A stretch of 64,000 bases of DNA from a plasmid. The position numbers were made by a program, and so were the translations under genes. The DNA lies in the sequence record AP025670.1; one strand, 5' to 3'. Below the pieces are notes generated by a model, which saw nothing but the letters and a program-made list of their open reading frames with translations, did no database searches and was not told where the DNA came from. Of this stretch, positions 58,566-64,000 are shown piece after piece; within the stretch, counting starts at the first letter, position 1, and the number at the start of each line of letters is the position of its first letter.

Positions 58566-60101
58566 TTAGATTTGTGTTGTACTATTTAAAAAAATGTGTA
58601 GTTCTTCCGGAGTTACTATTGGAATGTTTCTTTTTTTGTCTTTTCTATATTTTATTAATGAAATTATTTCCATAATTACCATTGATACCGATAGAGCTTT
58701 CGTAGCTCTGGTTACTGCAACGTATAACAAATTTAATTCATCATTAATAAATATTAGATTCTGTTTTTGTTTTGGTGTTTTCTCAATATATTCAACTAAT
58801 GAAACATAATCATCATCAATCTCAATATATTCCCATTCAAGTCCTTTCGATGAATGTGCAGTTACAAGCGTTAAATCAGCATCATTGTAATTATTAACTG
58901 CTGCTTCTTTAATTTTATCAACCAGCTCTAGAATATCAGGCTCATTTTCAATTAGGTGTATCGTCCTTTTCAACGTATTGTCGCCTGAGTTCTCTGCAAC
59001 GCTTACAACCCGATCCCAATTTGGATAGTCGTATAAAAATGCTTTTCTCTTAATCATTTTAGTATTGCCGATATACAGATAGTAAAAATCAGCAATATCG
59101 TCTAAAGCATACCTATCAATACCACCTACGAAGAACACTTTTTTACCGTTTCTTCCAGCGTCAATTGCATTGATCAACACAGATAGATTGGTGCGTGAAA
59201 TCACAGTTCTAGGGAAGATATTCTTGATTTCAGCTTTATTTATGAGCTTATCAGTAATACCGGTCGTTTTAAGGCTTACAGTCTCCCCTTTTAACATCAG
59301 TATGGCATTTGCGATAGCTGCTACACATCGTCCAAACCGATATGACGTAGTTAGACGCAATATCTGAGCTCCATCACGTACAGAGGCATCTAGGGCATCA
59401 TTTGCCCCACGCCAGCGGTTGATCATCTGGTGCGTATCACCTACAAAGATTCGTTTGCATTCACATTTATCTAGCATTGCCTTCGTTACTAAGTTGGCAT
59501 CCTGTGCTTCATCAAACAAAATGATATCGAACCATGTATGTAGGGGAGGGGCTACTAACTGAAAATATTTTATGTAAAAGTCAGGGGGAGCAGGGAAGTC
59601 ACTGTTAGGGTCAGCTTGTAATTCAAAAATGAGTTTTGCATTTTCTAATGCGCATTTCCTAACATTTTCAGCATGTTTTTTACCATTCCCTGTGTTCTCT
59701 GTTGGAACGTGATGTATCTGTAACGAATAATCAGCAGACCTATAATAATTATTTAGAGTCTCGATTATGAGAAATTGCAATTGAACAGATGTAATATTTA
59801 GTAGCCGAGCCACATCGAACCCATTGAAATTAAACTTCATTTTGTACTTCAATTTTTTCAAATACCGATATGCCATTGCATGAGTGGTGATCACTTTGGT
59901 ATTAGAAGGAAATTTTTGTGATGCTTCTATCTGTATGCCTTTGTTGTAAGCTAAGTACAAAATACGTTTATCCGGATTACGCTTTGCCAATTGAGTCAAT
60001 ATGAACGTTTTGCCTGAACCTGCATAAGCCTGACAGCAAATATACTTTTCTTCAGAGGCTAAAATGGCTTCTTGTTCTTGAGATAAGATTATCTTTGACA
60101 T
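58566..60101 (-). CDS. UvrD/Rep-like superfamily 1 helicase (orphan, 511 aa)
   Basis: Walker A AYAGSGKTF, motif II ILFDEAQD and C-terminal LLYVAVTRA. It is very AT-rich. Confidence 0.65.
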   Translation of the reverse strand: MSKIILSQEQEAILASEEKYICCQAYAGSGKTFILTQLAKRNPDKRILYLAYNKGIQIEASQKFPSNTKVITTHAMAYRYLKKLKYKMKFNFNGFDVARLLNITSVQLQFLIIETLNNYYRSADYSLQIHHVPTENTGNGKKHAENVRKCALENAKLIFELQADPNSDFPAPPDFYIKYFQLVAPPLHTWFDIILFDEAQDANLVTKAMLDKCECKRIFVGDTHQMINRWRGANDALDASVRDGAQILRLTTSYRFGRCVAAIANAILMLKGETVSLKTTGITDKLINKAEIKNIFPRTVISRTNLSVLINAIDAGRNGKKVFFVGGIDRYALDDIADFYYLYIGNTKMIKRKAFLYDYPNWDRVVSVAENSGDNTLKRTIHLIENEPDILELVDKIKEAAVNNYNDADLTLVTAHSSKGLEWEYIEIDDDYVSLVEYIEKTPKQKQNLIFINDELNLLYVAVTRATKALSVSMVIMEIISLIKYRKDKKRNIPIVTPEELHIFLNSTTQI

Positions 60102-60296
60102 GAAAATGCCTTTATATCATTATGTTACAGTTAACATAACATAATTGCGTAATGGTTTTTAGCGAAAGGGAATGTAATCCTTCCCCAAAGATTACTGTCT
60201 ATTGTTTTTGTGCCCCGCAGATCCTATGCTGATATCCAAGTGGGGTTATGGATACACAAGAGAGTATCCGGATGGTGATTTTAATATCCATTAATA

Positions 60297-60340
60297 TTAC
60301 TCAGATAAAAAAAGCCGTATTCTCATACGGCTTTTCTTTG
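60297..60340 (-). terminator. bidirectional hairpin terminator
   Basis: AAGCCGTATTCTCATACGGCTT flanked by A-run and T-run stretches. Confidence 0.5.
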
Positions 60341-60355
60341 AGTTGCTGCTTTCTA

Positions 60356-60715
60356 CTACAATATCGGTAATGCCGTTGTTACTGCAACAGATGAAGTCAT
60401 GATACCGTTGATGATATCCGGAGCATAGTACAGACCAATTGCCGCACCAACCGCCACTGCAAAGGTCATTAACGACTGACGAACAACCGCCGCAGCAATA
60501 CCAACAACTACAATCAGCCCCACTAACACACGACCTAATGACCCCTGCATATATGCAGTAATTTGCATCCATACTTCTTTGAAACCGGACTGTTCGGTTC
60601 CTTTGCCATAGGCAAACATAACTGCCAGTGCCGCTACACATAACACTGCGAAAACCACGAAAAGCACTTTTTTGGTATCAATTTTCGGCATGGCACATGT
60701 TTTTACTAATTGCAT
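60356..60715 (-). CDS. conjugative pilin-like protein (TraA/TrhA-like prepilin), tentative
   Basis: 119 aa. A long leader is followed by KEVWMQITAYMQGSLG and two hydrophobic helices. The start is at MQLVK after GAAGGG. Confidence 0.35.
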   Translation of the reverse strand: MQLVKTCAMPKIDTKKVLFVVFAVLCVAALAVMFAYGKGTEQSGFKEVWMQITAYMQGSLGRVLVGLIVVVGIAAAVVRQSLMTFAVAVGAAIGLYYAPDIINGIMTSSVAVTTALPIL

Positions 60716-60828
60716 ATCTAACCCTTCTATATTTACAGTATTAAAATGACAGCAAACTACTATCAACGTGGATTTTACATTTACTAATTAATATTTATCT
60801 TTTATAAGGTTACTAAAACGAATTGGTT

Positions 60829-61635
60829 TTATTGTGATTTTTTCATCATAGCTTCGATGGTGTTTACAAACATATCCATTGGTACAGCACCTTCTATCAC
60901 ACGTTTTTCTCCAGTTTTATTATCAACTATTACCGTTGTAGGTGTGCCTGAAACACCAAGAGAACGGCTTTCTGCCTTGTCTTTATCTAAAGTTAACTTT
61001 ACAGAGTCAGTTTTAAGACATGTGTTATACGCAACAGGGTCTAACTCAAACATTCCGATCATATCTGCGGTAGCAAAATCAAATTCATGATTCCCCCACA
61101 TTGAAATGATCTTCCAGTGATTGTCAGTGTTTTGAGCACCAGCACAGAGCATTTTCACGGCATAATCAGTAGCATTTGGCTCGTGGAATGGTAGAGGGCT
61201 GTTTTTCCATTTCCAATTGACTAAACCACCATTCGCCTTATCAACTAGTGTTTTAGGAGTAGATGCGAAACGTTGGCAATATGGACATTGGAAATCCATG
61301 TATGTTACAAGTGAAAATCTCGCATTCTCATTGCCATAAGTTAGTGTGTTGGAATCAAGCTGGACTTGGGAAAGATTGAGATTTGGTTCTTCAGGTTGAG
61401 CTTCAGGCTGTTGGACCGGCTCAGTATTTTCAGACAGAGACAAAATTTTGCTTAAAGACTGGTTTACACCAGCACTTTCTGTTTTTGTAGCATTTTGAAT
61501 AGTAATTGACGAAGCCAATAGTATATTAGTTTGCTTTAGCTCACTTGTGGTTAAATAGGTACTGGTTATTCCTACGCCAACTATTGTAGTTAAAAGTGCA
61601 ATCACTGATTTTTGATACGTTGATAATTTATTCAT
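60829..61635 (-). CDS. thiol:disulfide oxidoreductase (DsbA/DsbC-like, CPYC active site)
   Basis: A transmembrane/signal anchor, then FQCPYCQRF in a thioredoxin fold. This is common in conjugative transfer regions. Confidence 0.65.
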   Translation of the reverse strand: MNKLSTYQKSVIALLTTIVGVGITSTYLTTSELKQTNILLASSITIQNATKTESAGVNQSLSKILSLSENTEPVQQPEAQPEEPNLNLSQVQLDSNTLTYGNENARFSLVTYMDFQCPYCQRFASTPKTLVDKANGGLVNWKWKNSPLPFHEPNATDYAVKMLCAGAQNTDNHWKIISMWGNHEFDFATADMIGMFELDPVAYNTCLKTDSVKLTLDKDKAESRSLGVSGTPTTVIVDNKTGEKRVIEGAVPMDMFVNTIEAMMKKSQ

Positions 61636-61651
61636 AATGAAAAATACCTTT

Positions 61652-62293
61652 CTACTTTATTGCAGGTGATGGTTCGTTTTGGTTATCAATATAGATTTTC
61701 ATTCGATAGTTTTTGAGAGAGTCAGGCTCTCCATTTTGTAAAATAACTAATTCTTCATTAGTTAATTTATACTCTGGATCAGAACAGTATTTTTCTTTGA
61801 TACGAATATATTCATTCCGAGATTTTTTATTCTCAGGCGTTTCCTTCAGAAAATAATTTCGTGAATTTTCACCACAGAACGATGGTAATTCAGGTTTGGT
61901 ATAAACGTTCGATGAACTACTGCGAGCTAAACTACTTATTAACAGGTCTGTATGAAAGCTACGGTCCACAGGAATATGTTTTTTACCTTGGTCGTAGATC
62001 TCGTATGGTGATGCAATTACGTGCCTGTAACCTTGCTGTCGCAATGATGCGCCACCTCTATTCGTATCTTTCCAATTTTCGCGATATGTATAGTCAGCAG
62101 GATAAGTAGCCGTTACTGCTTTTCGAGCAATTTGCTTATCAATTACGTCATTCGCTGTACCGCCATAACCCGATTCAATGCTAATTGTGGATGTTTTTAC
62201 ATAATTTCCACACCCAAATATGGGCTTATCTGCGCTACTACAACCTGATAAGGATGTTGCAAGCAGACAACAAAATATAAATGACTTTTTCAT
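61652..62293 (-). CDS. lipoprotein, hypothetical
   Basis: Lipobox LSGCSS after a signal peptide. Confidence 0.5.
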   Translation of the reverse strand: MKKSFIFCCLLATSLSGCSSADKPIFGCGNYVKTSTISIESGYGGTANDVIDKQIARKAVTATYPADYTYRENWKDTNRGGASLRQQGYRHVIASPYEIYDQGKKHIPVDRSFHTDLLISSLARSSSSNVYTKPELPSFCGENSRNYFLKETPENKKSRNEYIRIKEKYCSDPEYKLTNEELVILQNGEPDSLKNYRMKIYIDNQNEPSPAIK

Positions 62294-62323
62294 CTAAGTT
62301 CCTCACTGAAGATCGTGGTGAGT

Positions 62324-64000
62324 ATGAACTATTTAGGTGCAGTTTTTCCCGATATAACAATGCAAAACGGTTCTAATTATGAAATTGCAAATTTAAAAAC
62401 AGGTAACATTGTTGCATCAAATAATCTTAAAAATTTAGAGAAGCAGGTTCGCCGAATGTTTATAAACTGGTTAAAATCCATACTGAAATCAGGGAAAGAT
62501 CCCTTCTCAGTAGATGTGTCAACATCGCCAGATATGCAGGAATCACAGCATTCCATACTTCAAAAAGGTGAGATTGAAATTCCGGATGATATTAAATCTC
62601 AAATAGAAACATTCAAAATGCCGATTGGATATCCGCCAAAAATTGAAGGATATCCTGCAAGAATCAGCGGAAAACAATTGCTGATTAAAACCCAAGCGGA
62701 AATGATCACAAAAATCAAAAGAGAAATGCAAATCGGTGAGCTATTTGATGAATTGGTCATGCCACTACTATGTAATACTGCTGATTTTATACACTTACTA
62801 CCGGCTTCTGAAGCACATCACCACAGAGCTCAAGGAGGGCTTTTACGACACAGTTTAGAAGTCTGTTACATCGCAGTTAAGCACACAAAGACCACTGACT
62901 TTGATAGCAATGAAACCCCTGAAGAACGGTCTGCTAACGCTTTGAAATGGCGTCTTGCAGTGGCTGTAACAGCATTACTGCACGACATTGGTAAACCAGT
63001 GTCTGACTATGAAATTTGGGATCAGACTGGTGTATATCAGTGGAAACCGAGTGGAAAAAACCTGTTTCATTGGGCTGTTGAACACGATATAGAAAGATAT
63101 TTTTTACAGTGGAACAAGAAAAGGCATAACAATCATAGAATTATAGCACCTTCGCTTATTGAAAAAATTGTTCCTGCGAAAGTGATAGAACTACTTCAGC
63201 AAAATAGTAAAAACCTATATTTCAAAGTTATAGAGGCAATTTCTAACAGCGATAACATGGAACTGGCGGATAAAAAAACAATCAATGGCAATCAGTTGTT
63301 TAATATTCTGTTACTCGCAGACCGAGCCTCTGTTGCAAATGACCTTAAATTGACATCAGGTGATGCGATACGCGCTGCCGGTTCTGGTGTATCAACTATT
63401 CAGCGTCTGGTTGATACTATGCGCCAATTTATATCATCAGGTCGTTGGACCCCAAACGTTCCTCCTAGTCCGATTTGGTCAACGCCAGATGGGGTCTACA
63501 TTATTTGGGCTAGTGCCGCTGAAGAATTATGCAAAGAGATAAAAAACCTTGGAATTTTTATCCCACAATCAGCAGATAGTTTAGGTGAGATACTATTAGC
63601 TCATGATGTAATCATTGAAGCGCCAAGAGGTTCACTCTATTGGAAGATTGCACCAAAAAAGTTACTCAAATCAGCGTCGTTTATAAAAGATCCAGACACG
63701 TTCTTTTACTGCGTGAAATTAGCTTCAGACGAATTACTATTTGGCGAAAATATAAAGCCAACACATGCATCTGTTTATGTCAAAAACGAAACGAGTTGGG
63801 TTAGTTTTGAACCAAAAACAGGAACTAATGTAGAAATCACAGGTGAAAAAACTGAACCAACTATCGTAAACAATGATTTTAAGCATCAACCGATTGATAT
63901 TGTAGATAAAATAATAAATGATACACCTCCAGAATCTGATAATGTAACTAGCATAATGGAAACGCTTGAAGAACTAGCCATTATCGAGCCGGTATGTAAT
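62324..64000 (+). CDS. traI: MOBH-family conjugative relaxase (TraI-like, HD-domain), 5' part; continues beyond the window
   Basis: Open frame from the ATG at 62324 to the window end. It carries the HD phosphohydrolase signature ASEAHHHRAQGGLLRHSLEV ... LLHDIGKP typical of R27/SXT/IncA-C TraI relaxases. Confidence 0.6.
   Translation, partial: MNYLGAVFPDITMQNGSNYEIANLKTGNIVASNNLKNLEKQVRRMFINWLKSILKSGKDPFSVDVSTSPDMQESQHSILQKGEIEIPDDIKSQIETFKMPIGYPPKIEGYPARISGKQLLIKTQAEMITKIKREMQIGELFDELVMPLLCNTADFIHLLPASEAHHHRAQGGLLRHSLEVCYIAVKHTKTTDFDSNETPEERSANALKWRLAVAVTALLHDIGKPVSDYEIWDQTGVYQWKPSGKNLFHWAVEHDIERYFLQWNKKRHNNHRIIAPSLIEKIVPAKVIELLQQNSKNLYFKVIEAISNSDNMELADKKTINGNQLFNILLLADRASVANDLKLTSGDAIRAAGSGVSTIQRLVDTMRQFISSGRWTPNVPPSPIWSTPDGVYIIWASAAEELCKEIKNLGIFIPQSADSLGEILLAHDVIIEAPRGSLYWKIAPKKLLKSASFIKDPDTFFYCVKLASDELLFGENIKPTHASVYVKNETSWVSFEPKTGTNVEITGEKTEPTIVNNDFKHQPIDIVDKIINDTPPESDNVTSIMETLEELAIIEPVCN

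Noticed and set aside
1-64000. Search for tRNA, rRNA or tmRNA genes.
   Set aside because: No cloverleaf-compatible segments or rRNA-like conserved stretches were recognised by eye. A tRNAscan or cmscan run would be needed to exclude small RNAs.

Overview
This window is a mosaic plasmid-type region from an Enterobacterales element. The left ~37 kb holds nested IS remnants (an IS110-family tnp cut by an IS1 end, itself cut by IS26) and three IS26 copies with no target-site duplications. Between them sits a higher-GC IncFIB/P1-like maintenance backbone: repA flanked by 5 upstream and 10 downstream 19-bp iterons with DnaA boxes and GATC repeats, and P1-type parA-parB with a parS-like palindrome. 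The same segment carries a long unidirectional minus-strand array of small genes that resembles a conjugative-plasmid leading region (psiB-psiA-like, a ParB-like nuclease-domain protein, very acidic small proteins, an HExxH peptidase, higBA). Nearly every small operon in that array is preceded by one member of a conserved promoter family (CTATTCGACCCC -35 region, N16-17, TGAGATAAT). The right ~27 kb, after IS26 copy 3, is visibly AT-rich. It carries MFS and SulP transporters, a tandem USP gene, a 5'-truncated umuC-like gene, and a second ParB-like plus ssb-like pair. It also has a parFG partition module with TGTGTTAATGTGT repeat clusters, mazEF-like and hok/srnB-like toxin-antitoxin loci, and a tyrosine recombinase. 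The recombinase is followed by a very AT-rich island: a PD-(D/E)xK-like protein, a triple-repeat GW/WW protein, signal peptidase I, an SGNH hydrolase, a membrane-anchored Mrr-like nuclease domain and an orphan UvrD-like helicase. The window ends with pilin-like and DsbA-like genes and the 5' part of an HD-domain (MOBH-type) relaxase. The most interesting unexplained signals are the promoter family, a duplicated promoter+parS-like module, a tisB/istR-like candidate type I toxin locus beside psiA, and the nuclease/helicase island. No rRNA, tRNA or CRISPR was recognised.
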